From: Euglena gracilis
Taxonomy: Eukaryota
Length of the DNA stretch: 64,000 nucleotides
Direction of reading: 5' to 3'
Assembly (NCBI GenBank): GCA_039621445.1
Contig: CP154954.1
Span: 13,744,387-13,808,386, forward strand
Part shown: one piece after another, positions 48,157 to 61,177 of the stretch
How the letters are laid out: each line of letters starts with the position of its first letter
Position numbering within the stretch: position 1 is the first letter of the stretch
Program-made: the position numbers and the translations under genes
Notes under the pieces: generated by a model
What the model was told of the DNA's origin: nothing
Database searches by the model: none
What the model saw: only the letters and a program-made list of their open reading frames with translations

Positions 48157-49801
48157 GCCCCCCCCCGCCGACCCAGACGTAGCCTGGGCCGGCTTACCTG
48201 TGGAGGCTAGCCCACCGGGGGGGGGGGGGCAGAAAATGGGGTTGGTGCGGAAAACCTTGGAGGGACCGAGCTGATTTCCTTTGTTTGTTGTTGTTGTTGT
48301 GTTTCGCAGGTTCAATCTCAATTTCAATTTCAGCGAAGTCAATCCCACAGTGCCCCTTGGCTACGGGCGAGGGGGCCAGGAGGGGCGACGGGACGCCCGG
48401 GTGGGGCGAGGAGGCCACAGGAGCACACCGGGGGGGGGGGGGGCCCAAGGGTTGAGGGGGCCCACAGACCCCCCAAGGCTGGCCTCGCCCACCCGCGGCC
48501 CACATAGCGCCCCGAGGGGCAAGCGCCCCACGAGATGAGGCGCCCCACGCGCCGCACGTGCACCACACCGCACGGTGCGGCGCCCGAGGGGCCCACAGGG
48601 GGTCCACAGGCGCCTGCGGGCCCGAGGGCCCACAGGGCCACGGAGGCCCCACGGGTGCCTCGAGCCCCGGGTGTGCATTATTTTTTTCCTTTTTTTTTGA
48701 GCCCTTCAAGTGTTCGGTCGATCTCCATTTCATTTTCGTGTTGCGTTGTCATTAGGCGGTGGGGGTACCCCGTGGCCAAGTTGGCTCCGGGGGGGGGGCA
48801 CCTGCCCATTTTGTTCGATTTTTGATGGTTGGCCACACCCCTCTTCGGCCCACCGTGCCGAGGGAGGGGGGGGGGGGCGCCTGCCAATTCTTCCCGATTT
48901 TGACGGTTGGCTACCCCCCTCATCGGCCCACAGCGCCGAAGGAGGGGGGGGGGCTGCCAATTTTTGACCGATTTTTTTTTTGCGGTCGTCCACACCCCTC
49001 CTCGGCCCACCATGCCGGGGGAGGGGGGGGGGGCGCCTGCCGCTTTTCCACCAATTTTAAAAAAAAATACACCCCGTCGGCCAATTTTTGAAGTTAACCA
49101 CGCCACGGGGGGGGGGCAAGCGCCAACCCCCCTCCACACCGGAGGGAGCGGGGGGGGGGCAGCCCCCAGCTCCCCCTCTCAAGAGGACGGGCCACGGCCA
49201 AGGCGGCCCAGCCCACAACGCGGGGGGGGGCAGCCCCGACCCCCTCCACGGGGGGGGGGGGGGCAGCCCCCTCCTCCAAGGAACGGGCCCCACCCAAGGC
49301 GCCTCCCCGGCGCCCCCTCCAGCACGCACCCCTGCCAAGCCCCCGGGGGGCTTTGGCCCCTGGATACCGGGCAGGGCGGGGCGGCCGTGCTGGGTTGGTC
49401 AAATGTTTCCTTCCCAACATGCCGGAGCTTTCCACCCCGGGCCAAGCGGGGCCTGGGGGGGGGAATCACAATTACACATTGGCATCGAGTATTGCGGGGG
49501 GGGGGCAGTCCGCCCCTACCCATGGGCCAAGAAGGCTCACGGGACCAGAGGGGGAGCGGAGGGGCCCCAAGCGGTGCCTCCCCGGGTCACGAGCCCGGAG
49601 GCGCCCGTCCCCCTTCTCGCCCCTCCCCTGTACCCCCTCCCCGACAGCACGCGCCACACACGGCACGTGGCGCCACCGCTTGTGCGTTTCAACAAGAAAA
49701 AAATACAAATTTTTTCAGAGGCGGGAAAGCAAAAGGGAGGGGGGGGGGTGGCACCTCGGACCGGCAAAGGAGTCGAATTTAAATTGCACGGCAATTTTTT
49801 T

Positions 49802-49812
49802 GAGGAGGGAAG
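49802..49812 (+). promoter_or_regulatory. Polypurine tract of element A
   Basis: GAGGAGGGAAG directly before the 3' LTR. Confidence 0.85.
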
Positions 49813-50494
49813 TGTGCGCGGTCCGAGGGTGCCCGCCCCAAGGAGGGGTCCCAAGGGGGCCCAAAGGGGCCACGAAGGCCCGCGAGGGGGCTCCAAGGCC
49901 CCCAAGGGCCTTTTGAGGCCCCACTGGCCCCCAAGGGGGCCCCACAGCCCATTTTGACCAAGCCAAGGGAAGGTAAAGGAGGGGGCAGGTTGAGGGGGCC
50001 AACAGGCAACCCCCAAGGGGATGCGCAAGCCCTGCTGGGCTTTGCGCAAGCATGCGCACCCCCTTGGTGGGCGCTCAGATGGCGCAATTCATTAAGAATT
50101 GCGCAAAGTATACCAAGTAGCCCCCCCAGCTGTAGCCCCCCTCCAATTGTACATTTTCTGTTCACAGGGCTCTGTTCACACTCTGTTCACATCATTTGTG
50201 TCACCAATTGTTTGCTTGCAAGCCAATTCAAGGAAATCAAGGAAATACAAATTACAAATTTCAAGTTCAAGTCTCATTGATTATTCAAGTATTCAAGTTC
50301 ATTTGTTGAAGCAAAAGTATGTCTTTTCCCAATTCTACAGCTTCACCTACACCAACACCAACCCCTACCCCTCTGTTTCACCAAGGGGAAAACCGCCACC
50401 AGGTGGGCCCGACGGGCTCAAATTTAAACGATCCTACGCGGGTTGCGCCGCCAGGGGTCCCTTCACAGGGACCTCAGGAGAGGCAACCCCTACA
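49813..50494 (+). repeat. 3' LTR of element A (682 bp)
   Basis: Direct repeat of 36636-37316. Confidence 0.95.
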
Positions 50495-50498
50495 GCGG

Positions 50499-51143
50499 GA
50501 TGATCCCGCCGGGCATGCGCTCAGGGGACCGAAAAATACTTTCTTTCACACGTGGGTGTTCACTCCGGACAGGTGCTTCCCCTGACTCTTCCTCGGGTAA
50601 TCCGGGGGAGTGAGCACGAAAATGTGCAGTGTAAGTGCCAACTGGTGGTACTTGCCGTGCTACCTGTGGCGGGACTTCTACGCCCAGGTCATGCATGGTA
50701 ATGTCCGCCGCGAATCCCGATGTGTCCGGGTCGGTGTAATACACCAGACCGGTCATCATCGCCTGGGCGCACATACACCACAGGGCTGGAGGGGTGTTCG
50801 CGATGGTCAAAATTTGACGACAGTGGTTATCCCACAACACCTGTGTGAGGTGGTCTGGTGCCGGGTTTGCGCTCACACGCATCACCCGGTTCATCGTCTC
50901 CGCCGTGCGGTGGATCATCACACCCGCATACGGTGGGAGGCGACGAGAGCCTGATGGCTGAGATGGCCGCGCTTCCGCGGGCATCTGGGTCATCGTGTTA
51001 CTGCTGCTGGCTTCAGGGTTTCCCTAAGCCGCAGTCCGTGCAGGTGGCTGCGTACCGTATCGATACGCATATTGGTCAGGTTGAGGGTGAGTAGTGGGGT
51101 GGTAAGGCGGTCCTCCGCCTGGCTGCCTTCCACCGGGCAGCAT
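50499..51143 (-). pseudogene. N-terminal part of the extra 3' ORF of element D
   Basis: ATG at 51143 is in frame (through one TAG) with ORF 50490-50993; separated from 31892-36631 only by element A. Confidence 0.55.
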
Positions 51144-51307
51144 GATACCGCCCGGGGTTGGTACGGTGGAATGGTTAGGTTGTTGGTTGTGGGATGGTAA
51201 GGGTAACCGCTTGACTATTGTCTGGTAAAAAAAATTCTGCGGAAAGAAAGAATGCTAATAATCAGTGATAAAAAGAAAAGAAAACAGCATGGGTTTCCCA
51301 TGCGTTC

Positions 51308-51573
51308 TCAAAAACTTGTCATGGAAACATCAATGTTATGCTTCTTGTTCCACAACTTCCAATCTTGCTGGACGTACCCAACAAAACTGGTTGCTTGCTC
51401 CCAAGTGTCCTCCTCGGGCCCATACCCTTTCCAGAGGACTTTCCAAAGGTGCATACCTTTGTCGATTTTGTGATCGATAATTTTATCGACTCCAAAGTCG
51501 TCCGTCTCAGGTAATCTGGAACGGGGCTTGAAGTGCAAGCACGGGATGGGTTTCCCATCCGGCGGTGACAGGT
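51308..51573 (-). pseudogene. Integrase C-terminus/chromodomain of element D
   Basis: FGVDKIIDHK....LWKVLWKGYGPEEDTWEQ; cut upstream by element B. Confidence 0.9.
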
Positions 51574-54500
51574 TGTGCCCGCCCAAAAGGGGGGTCCCAA
51601 GGGGCCCCAAAGGGGCCACGAAGTGCCGCGAATGGGCTCCAAGTCCCCCAAGGGCCTTTTGAGGCCCCACTGGCCCCATGGGGGCCCCACAGCCCATTTT
51701 TACCAGGCCAAGGGAAGGTAAAGGAGGGGGTAGGTTGAGGGGCCCAACAGGCAACCCCCAAGGGGATGCGCAAGCCCCTCTAGGGTTTGAGCAAGCGTGC
51801 GCACCCCCTTGGTGGGCGCTTGGGATGGCGCAATTCATTAAGAATTGCGCAGAGTATACCAAGTAGCCCCCCCAGCTGAAGCCCCCCTCCAATAGTACAT
51901 TTTCTGTGCAGGGCTCTGTTCACACCCTGTCATTTGTGTTCACCAATTGTTTGCTTGCAAGGCAATTCAAGGACAAATCAAGGAAATACAAATTACAAAC
52001 TTCAAGTTCAAGTCTCATTGATCAATTACTCAAGTTCATTTGTTGAGACAAAAGTATGTCATTCTCCCATTATTCTACATCTCCATCTACACCAACACCC
52101 ACCCCTACCCCACTTTTTCACCAAGGGTAAAACCCCCACCAGGTGGGCCCGACGGGCTCCAATTTTAACGATCCTACGCAGGTTGCGCCACCAGGGGTCC
52201 CTTCACAGGGACCTCGGGAGCGGCAACCCTTACATGGTCGCAGAGGAGGGTACACTATGTGAACCTGGGGAGCCACTCCCCAATTATGAATCACAGGAGG
52301 AGGACGACGACGAAGCAAGCCACAGCCATGACAGCCCCAGCCCTTACGGCCAGGGCCAGCTCCTGGCCATTGCTGGGCCAGCCCAGCCGGACCCCCAGCA
52401 GCAACAATCTTCTGGGTCAGGCTTGGCACTGACAAGCATCCTGGGACTGCTCTCTGGCATGCCCAGCCTGGTCATGCCGGAGTTTGAGCATGACACAACC
52501 AGGCAGGTCATGTGGCAATTTGCCATGCGAGGAAAGATCAAAGAAGAAGAGCAAGAAGCAGCGGAAGAAGAAGAGGAATTTGCAAGCCACGACCAGCCCC
52601 TTTTGCTAGAATGGGGGCTCTGGTTAAACCCTGGGGATTCCGGGCCGGCCCATGCGCCGGTGAGCCATGTCGGGTCTGGGCATTTCCCAGCCGGACCCGA
52701 CCATTGCTCGCTGGTGCATGCCGGGCCCGGGCACGATGGGCACCAAAGCCATGCCCCAGACCAAGCCACGCACTGGCACCTGCAGCAGCTTGCCACAGCA
52801 GGGGATTTGATGGAGGACGAGGACCAGACAGCACAGGGGGGGTTGGTGCCAGAACAGAGCGCGAAGGGGAGGCACCTCCTGCACCCCCCCCCAGAGGTTG
52901 TGGGAGGAGGCGGAGGCTCAGGCCGCTGCCTCAGTGGTTCTGGGGCAGGAGATCCAGCGGTTGGACGGTTGGGTTGGCGACCTGCAAAGTCGGCTTGCTG
53001 AAGCGGGGGCCACCACAGCTGCTTCAGTTAGTTGCCTGGAGCTGTTGGTGTCCTTGCAGTTTCAGCGGGTCACTGAAAATTTCCACGGGGTGGTGCAGCA
53101 AATAGAAAGAACCCAGGCGGGGCTGGCGTCCCAGCTGGCTGAAAATTTTCAAAATCTGCAGCAGAAGCAGATGGAAAATTTTTCTGGGGGGATGACTGCC
53201 CTGAGCGAGCTGGTGACCAACCGGCTGGGCGAAGGCCTTGGGACTGTGGCCCAACTAGACCAGAGGGTCCAGGGGCTTGAGGCCATCGTCAACCAGGGTC
53301 ACCAGCAAGCGGAAGGGCAGGGGTTCAACGAGGCGATGGCTGGGCGGGGGAAAAAAGTTGAGGAGCTGCTCATCACCTCCGTCCGGACGAGGGAGGAGGT
53401 GATGAGGAGCCAGGAGCTGACCAGCTGGCGGCAGCAGGCCCAGGCCGAGGCCCTGGACCAAAAATTAGACCAGCTGACGGGTGAACTCGGAGGGCTGCGA
53501 GAAAGAAATGCAGGGATTGCACAGGCCCGGCAAAATTTTCGAGCAGAGCTGGACGGACAGGCCACAGCCATCGCTGAACAACAAGGGACCATAGGGGATG
53601 ACATAAGGGAGCTAAGGACCAGGGCTGAGGGGCAGGGCCACAGCCTGCAGGAGCTGTGGGCCGAGGTCACCACCCACGGGCAGGTGATCCAGGCCCACAA
53701 CACCCTGCTCCTGGAGGTGGACTCAACAATAAAGGGGGCACCAAAAGAAAATGCCGAAATAAAAAATCAGCTTTTCTTTTTGGAAAAAAAAATCGAAAAT
53801 TTTGAAATTTTTTGACCCCCGTCCAGGAGCTGCCGCAGCCACCCAGAGGAGTGGGGCCGGAGAGCGAAGACCCCCGAGGCTCCGAAGCCAGAGCGCCCCC
53901 GGCATCCACAGACCAGACACAGCACATGCCGGGGGCCCAGAGAGTGAGTGGCTCGGGTGCCGCGGGGGGCAATATGCCTCCTGGCCCCCAACATCAGCTA
54001 CTAGCCCATCCCAGTCTGTTTGGAGGCAAGGGGCCTGTGGCCCCCTAGGGGCTCTCTGCTAGCCCCAGCAGCGGGGCAGCGGAGGCAGTGATCCAACTTC
54101 CCGGGGAAGTGGTATCCCCGGGCCCAGCTTCTGTGACTGCAGTTTTTCCTAGTGGGTTTTCAGGTTCAGGCCCCAAGAGGGGCAGGGTCCTGTCTGCCGA
54201 AACGTCTGTGGTTTTTTCCCCTGTTCCCAGTGGTGCTCCCCCAGTGGCTTGGGATGCCGCTGTGGGGGGCCATTTTCCCAGTCTTTCACCAGTGACCGTT
54301 TTGCAAAACCCAGTTCTGCCTCAGCCGTTTTCCCTGGGTTCAGTGGGTTCAGTGGCCAGGACTCTGGTTTGTTTCCTCTGCAGGGGGGGATGCACCCCCA
54401 GCCAGCGTGGGCCCTTCGACACCAAGGCGACACCAAGGGGCAGCCAGCCCCAGGGTCCCATGGTTGCGGGGAGCAGCTTGCCCCAGGGCCCCATTGCGGC

Positions 54501-57010
54501 GGGGGGCAGCCAGCCCCAGGGTCCCATGGCTGCGGGGGGCAGTCCGGTCCAGGCCCCCGCTGCTGGATGCACCCCAGCTGCCCAGACACCTGGCACGTTC
54601 GGGTTCCAGGGGGTGGATTGGGAGGAAGCGGAACGCCAGATTAAGGCTCACGGATTTTTTAATTTTTTGGCCAGGTTGGGAGCCCAGGAGCAGCAACAGT
54701 CTCAGCAAAATTCACGAACGACGGGACAGTCCAGCACAGCGAAACCACAGGCAGCAGGCACATCAAATCTACAGGGCCAGGGCAGGGATCAACCTGGGAT
54801 GAAATCAGCCGAGCACCAGTGGCCCCCCCAGCCCCGTGGGTTCCCCGCAGGAGGGGAGTTCACGGGGGCAATGGAACCTTTCGCCTGGGCCCCTGAGGCT
54901 GGGGCAGCATCGTGCAACGCTGCCCCTCTGGCCTTCGGGTCCCAGGACACGGGAGCCTGGGTCCGGGCGGTCCAGGCAGCTCCGGTCCACATGGCGCCAG
55001 CAGCTCCCAGCCCAGCAGCCAGCATGTTTTTGGGGCCGCTGGCGACACTCCTCACCAAAGACCTTGTAAAACCAGAGCTGAAAGGTGATTTTCATCATTT
55101 TATAGTAAATTTTCAGCTCTATATGCAGCAGGTTTCTACGGGACAGCCAGTGGGGGAGGAATTTAAAATGCTTGTTCTGACCGGCTGCCTGGACCACAGC
55201 AGCCGGCTGGAACTCCAGCGGCGACAGGAGATGGGGGAACGGGTCAGGTTCCAAGATTTCTGGAACTGGCTGGCCCAGAAATACGGCGGTGACATCCAGG
55301 CCTCGCTGCATGAGCAGCTCAGGGCCCTCAGACCAGTCAACACGGGTAAGTTAAACCTCCCATCGTGGCGTGAATATGAAAGCCAGTTTAAATTAATTTT
55401 CTGCCGGATGGAAAACCCCTCGGAGGAGGAAGCACAGGCCCTGGTTTTACAGCAGCTCCCAGATTCCATGCGAAGGGCCATAATCAGGGAACAGACACGG
55501 AAAAATCAGGATGTACCCACAGTGCAGCTGTGGCACATCCCAGGGTTGACAGTGGAGAAGGCAGCACAACTCGCCCAGGAGGCTGTGGGTGAGGAGGAGC
55601 CGGTGACAGTCAGGGCACACCGGGATTCCTTCCTCATCAAGCCCTACAGCTGACGGGCGCTGGAGAGGCTGATGATGAGGAACGGGGCCACGCTACAGGG
55701 GGGCAATACAGTGAAAATCACCCCCCACGAAACAAAGCTGGGATTGGAAGAGGTTTTTCGACACGCTGAAAACGAGCTGCGGTGCCAGAAACGGTCTGAC
55801 AGCTATCGCCGTTCTTGGGGCGGACGGGGGGTCCCAGGCCTCCAGGAGGACCACTGGGCTGGGGGCCTCGACAATTTTTCAGGCTCTGAAGTTAAATCCC
55901 AGGAGGCCAGGCCAGCCCAGCCCCAGAAAACCGTTTCAAAGCCAGCTGAGGGGGGAGCAAAAGCAGGACCCCCCAAAGGCCCCGAGGGGCCACAGGACAG
56001 GCAATCACGGCACCGAGGCGGGTCACCTGGAAAGGGACGGGAAGGACGCAGGTCACCCAGCCCGGGGCAAAAGGGGAAGGGGTTCGGCAAGGGAGCTGGC
56101 AGGGGCGGCCCAGATTTTCGCCCAGCCAGGTCCCCAACCCCCCACCCAGCCACCAACAGGGAACAATCCCCCCGAGGAGCCCCCGGAGTGGCCCCTCGGT
56201 GGACCAGCCCTGCAGCCAGTGCGGGGCCACAGATCACTGGTCTCGGGAATGCCCAGGAAAGAAGTGTTATGAGTGCGAGAAAACGGGACATCTGGCACGA
56301 CAGTGCTGGTGTAGAAGGTGAAAGGGGAAGGGGATTTCCACGCCACCACGGCGGGGGAGTGCCTGAAAATGCGGGGGCCAGAAGGGAGGGGACGGGGTCC
56401 CAGGGTGCCCCCAGCACGGCCCTCGGAAGGGGGGTGAAGAAAGGGTTCACGGAGAGGGTTGGGTTTTGGTCAAGGGAAGGTCCAACGGCAGACCCGTACC
56501 TGGACCTGCACGGTCCCCCCAGCCCCCCCTGACTGGGACACGAAAAGGGGCTGGGGGGGGGCCAGCAGTCCCTCTCATTCGACTCTGCCAACCCCTGGGC
56601 TGCGCTTTTCCCCAGCGAGGGCAGTCCAGGGAGGGGCTCAGGTCAGAGTTCAGGTTCGGGACAAAGGGTGAAGGGACCCAGGCCGCCCAGGGGTCTTCGG
56701 GTTCCAGCACACCCAGTCTACCGCAGGTCACAACACCAGGAAAGGAGGGGAAAAACGCAAAACAAAAAAATAAAAAAGAAAAAGACAAAACGATCTCACA
56801 GGCATCAATCAGGGAGGCAGCGAGGGAGGTCATCAACGTTCCCCAAACCATCAAGGGCACGGATGAAACCGCCCCCAGCACGGAAAGGGATTCAGGTTTT
56901 TCCATTCGCCAGGTGAGGTGCGTCAGGACCGCACCTTCCACCTCAACCCCCACACCACCCCCAGCACCACTGCCAGCCCGTTCCTCAGGGTTTGGGAGGT
57001 CGCCCTCCCG

Positions 57011-57430
57011 GTGGATCTCCCAGGACTACCACGTCCGGGAGGAGTACGACAGGGATGTACTCCGCCGCGTGGGGGTCCAGCCGGAGGTCGACGCCTTTTC
57101 TGCCAAAGAAAACCGCAGGTTTGTCCGCTGGTGGGGGCCAGGGAGTGGGGAAGGGGAAGATGCCTTCAAACAGGACTGGGGCAGGAAGGTTTTGTGGATC
57201 AACCCACCTTATAAAAAAACACAGAAGGTTTTCGAAAAAATCAGGAGGGATCAGGCCCATGCCATCTTGGTGACCCCCAGGTGGCCGGGGCGGCGTTGGT
57301 ATAGGGAGGCCAGTGGCTTGGCAGTGCACCAAGTCGCGTTCCCTCAGGGAACATGATTTTTCGGCAGAGGGGAGGAGTTGTGCCGGGGGACAAAGTGGCC
57401 CATCACAGCCTTTTTGCTGTGTGGGCACCC
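57011..57430 (+). pseudogene. N6-adenine MTase domain, copy B
   Basis: Continuous VDAFSAKEN...DAFKQDW..LWINPPY; CGA>TGA stop at 57354-57356. Confidence 0.88.
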
Positions 57431-57590
57431 AGACTGATGCACGCGGGAGGAGGTGACACGAAAGGGGCGGGAGAAAAAAACCAGGTTTGCGACACATTTT
57501 TCAGGGCCACCCCCTGGGACTGGGGGGGCCACAGTGCAGGTCAAGCCAGCATTCCTGGGGCAGATGGGGAGAGCGGACCAGCCGAGACGG

Positions 57591-58190
57591 ATGCAGGACC
57601 TGTTCTGCGGGACAGGTTCAGTGGGGGACGTCTACCGCAGCCTGGGTTTCCAGGTTACGTCGGTGGACGTGGACCCCAGGTGGCGGCCAGACATCTGTGT
57701 GGACGTGCTAGAATGGAATTTTAAAAAACAGTTCCAGCCTGGGGATTTTGAGGTGGTGGTGTGCAGGGTCCCCTGCACCGAGTTCAGCCTGGCCCTGACC
57801 ACCAGGGAACGAGATTTTAAATTGGCTGATCGGCTGGTGCAGCGGGCCCTGGCCATCATCCAGTACCTCCGCCCACAGCGGTGGTGGCTGGAAAACCTCT
57901 GGTACGGGTACCTGCGGACCCGCAGGTACATAGCAGGGATCCAACACGTGGACGTGGATTACTGCCAGTATGCAGACTGGGGCTACAAGAAGCCCACCGG
58001 GATATGGGGCAGCCCCCATGTCTTGGGTCTCAGGCCACGGGTGTGTGACGGCCGGACCTGCTCCAACCTGGAATGCCCGGTACCTGAAGAGGGACGGAAG
58101 GGACGGCACAAAATTCGGCTCAGCAGCAAACCCCAAAACCTGCCCAGGCACCTGAAATATCGGATCCCAGAGGCGCTCATCCGTGACCTT
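57591..58190 (+). pseudogene. C5-cytosine MTase domain, copy B
   Basis: DLFCGTGS, VPCTEFS, ENL (P>L), DYCQY..KPT. Confidence 0.9.
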
Positions 58191-61177
58191 GCCACAGCAC
58201 CGGCACCGGAGGCCCACGCTGCCGAGTGTCCGGAGCCAGAGCGGGACCCCCAGACTTAGTCTCGTCGCTCCTTGCGGTGGTGTGTTCGCACTTTTCCCTT
58301 GGGGCTCCCTTGGGTGTGCTTGGAGCCTCCAAATCCTCAAAACCTGTGAGAACAAAGCGAAAGAGACGAGTAAGCACAAAATATGCAGGGAAAGAGAGAG
58401 AGAAAGAGAGAGAATTCATCATATGCTCCAGAAATCAAAACATATGAAAATAGTGTATTCAAAAACAAAACATGTGATGCACAAGCAATGTATATGTGGC
58501 ACACAAATAACTCGCCAAAACAGCACTTGGCCCGATTCAAAATAAGAGCCTCAAACATTTGGGCTCCCCCATACAAAAAAAAAGGAAAATGAACCGAGCC
58601 TTCAACTTTCGGCTCACTAGGGTTTCAAAGATTTTTTCAATTCCGACATCAAATCACCCCTAGATTTTTCTTCGAGCAATACCTTACCAACTCCTCACTA
58701 AACCGGTGTATAATATTCCCCACCGGCATCCAAGTTTCCTCCTCATCTTTATATCCAACCCATTTTGTGAGGAACTCCCAGGTTCCCCCCCTCTTGCGAT
58801 GATTCAGAATTTTTTCTACCTCCCACTCATCAGGCATTGCTTCTTCCTCTTTTTTGGTTCTTTTGAAACAGAACAAAGGAACCCCCTGACCAAACACTTC
58901 AGTCTTTTTGAAGTTTTTGGTGAGTGTTTGAAGTGTTTGGTTTGAAAACTTCACTCTTTCTACTCCTTAAGGAAACTACGGTGAGTCTTAATTTCCATCC
59001 CGGGCTTAATTTCAATGATGTAACTCCTCTCCCCCTCCCGGGCTTTGATAATCCCAGGTCCAAACCATCTGGAATCCAATTTTTCGCCGGATCCTTCGGG
59101 TCTCCTAAACCGCACTTGGGTTCCTAATTTTAAGGGCACCAACTCCCTCCTCCGTTGGTTGACCCAACTCGCTTGAACCCAATGTGTGTGGTTGAGCACC
59201 TTTGCAACTTTCTCATCCATATCCCTCATTCGGCGAAAAACACTTTGAGCGTCCTCACATTCCTTTGTTGGTTCATAGGGTATCCCCCCAATGGGTCTAT
59301 CCCTTCCGAACAAAATTTCGTAAGGACTAAAACCACTCTCCCCCTTGGTGTCATGAATACGATCCAAAACTTGGGGAAGAGCTTCCACCCAATTCTTTTT
59401 TTCCTCCAGAAACAACTTTCGGAGGACTTCCATAATTTGTTGACCGGCTCTTTCCACCCTCCCATTCGCTTGGTGGTGGTAAGCTTGGGAAAACGATTGT
59501 CTAATCCCCATGAGTGAACACATGGTTTACCACCATGTGTTGACGAAATGGCTCCCTTGGTCACTTGAAATTATTGAGGGTACTCCAAAAGGTTTCCATT
59601 GGGACTTAAGCATTTCCTTGGCCAACTTTGCACCCATTAATCCCTTATCAAAACATGGTATGGCAACAATCGAACCGGAATGTCGGTCCACACAAACAGC
59701 CATTGTGTTGTATTCCCCCCCCTCGTACAACTCCTTTGGCATTTTGAAAAGATCAATTGCCACACTTACCATGGGTGCGGGTGGTATGGGTGTTGAATCA
59801 ATGAGTCCTTTCAATGTCTCCCCCCTCGAGCTTGCTTGACACGTTGTGCAATTTTTGCTACAACTGTCTGTGAAAACTTTTGCCTTCTTTTCATCAGCCC
59901 GTGCATACCTCAAATTGACATGTCTCCACACCTTTTCCGGACATACATGTCCAAGAAATTTGTGGTTTTCAAGGATGATCATTTCTGGAAATCCCAGTGG
60001 AACGCACAACTTCTCTTCCCGAAACATTTAGCTTTTGTGCACTTTCTCCCCGTTTGGCCACTCACCATTTTCTTGCGTTGCTTGCCAAATTTCCTTCCAA
60101 ATGGGACATTCGGTATATGCAACCACCCAATCTCTCTCCCAAACTGATTTTGTTAGCCTAGGGGTTGCACTTGGAGTTGGTGCGGCCGAACCTTCTCCCG
60201 TTCCCCCCTTCGGTAACTCATTAGTTGGAAGTTTTGGGCTGGTCACCAAATTTCCTGCAGGGTCCACTCCATCCCAAAAGGTAACTCTCCTCTTACCCTT
60301 TTTCGAACTAGAAACTCCAGGCCCTTGTGAGTGAGCGTCTTCGGCGGTGTTCATTCCTCCTGGACTTTCTACACTCTCGGTACCCCTCCCTGATGCATCA
60401 TCCACAAACTTAGGTGCCACCTCTTTTCCGCTGCGGGTTACCACCCCCCTTATCCACATGTTACGAGCGTTAGGCTGATTTTTGACTTTGACCAACAAAC
60501 AATTTTTCTCATCTTCCCTTCTTCCCTTTTATCCTCGACCGAACCATGTTTACTAATGTCCCTTAGAGCTTGCGAAGCGGGGTACACCCACCGACTAAAA
60601 ATGTCGGCAATGGTGTTTTCCTTCCCCGGAATGTACCCCACTGTCAAATCGTATTTTGAGAAAATTTGGTGCCATCGTGCCCTCCTCCCCACCGGTCCAC
60701 TTGGGGTTTCGAGCACTTCTTTTGCCCATGCTTCCAAACTTTGGTGATCGGTCAACACCAAAATGGGTTGCAGACCAATCCAACTCTCCCATTTTCGGAG
60801 TGCCAAAATTATGGCATATGCCTCCAATTCCCGGGGGGTCCATTTTCTTTGCCCCTCGGTGAGTTTTCGGGACATAAATGCAACAGGCACCGTTTTTTTT
60901 TGTCCAAAACATCTTTGGGTGTGGGCGTACCGTTTCCATCTTTAAGTTGTTCCAAAGTTGCTTCTACGGCATACCCACTCGCATCTACTCTCAAAGCAAA
61001 AGGTTTATCGGGGTCCACTCTTTGAAGAATCAAACCGGAACGCAACCGTTTCTTTAATTCCTCAAATGCTTTGTGTTCAACCTCCCCGAATTCAACCCAT
61101 TTTTCGCTCCCTTTCTTGCTTTCCTCCCTAGACAGCTTTAACTTATCTTGCAAAGGTGCCGCAACTTGAGCATACAT

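Larger units (their letters stand above)
36636..50494 (+). mobile_element. Full-length Ty3/Gypsy chromodomain LTR retrotransposon A with tandem N6- and C5-DNA methyltransferases (13.86 kb)
   Basis: TG...CA LTRs 36636-37316 and 49813-50494; TSD GCGG (36632-36635, 50495-50498); PBS; PPT; domain order Gag-MT-MT-PR-RT-RH-IN-CHD. Confidence 0.97.
51574..58255 (+). mobile_element. Element B: 3'-truncated second copy of family A (LTR, PBS, gag, both MTases)
   Basis: LTR 51574-52234, PBS 52235-52250, colinear with 36636-43184; similarity stops at GACCCCCAGAC (58255). Confidence 0.95.

Noticed and set aside
48194-49800. Multiple G/P/R-rich ORFs in the 3' UTR of A
   Set aside because: GC-rich homopolymer region open in several frames on both strands, with no motif support.
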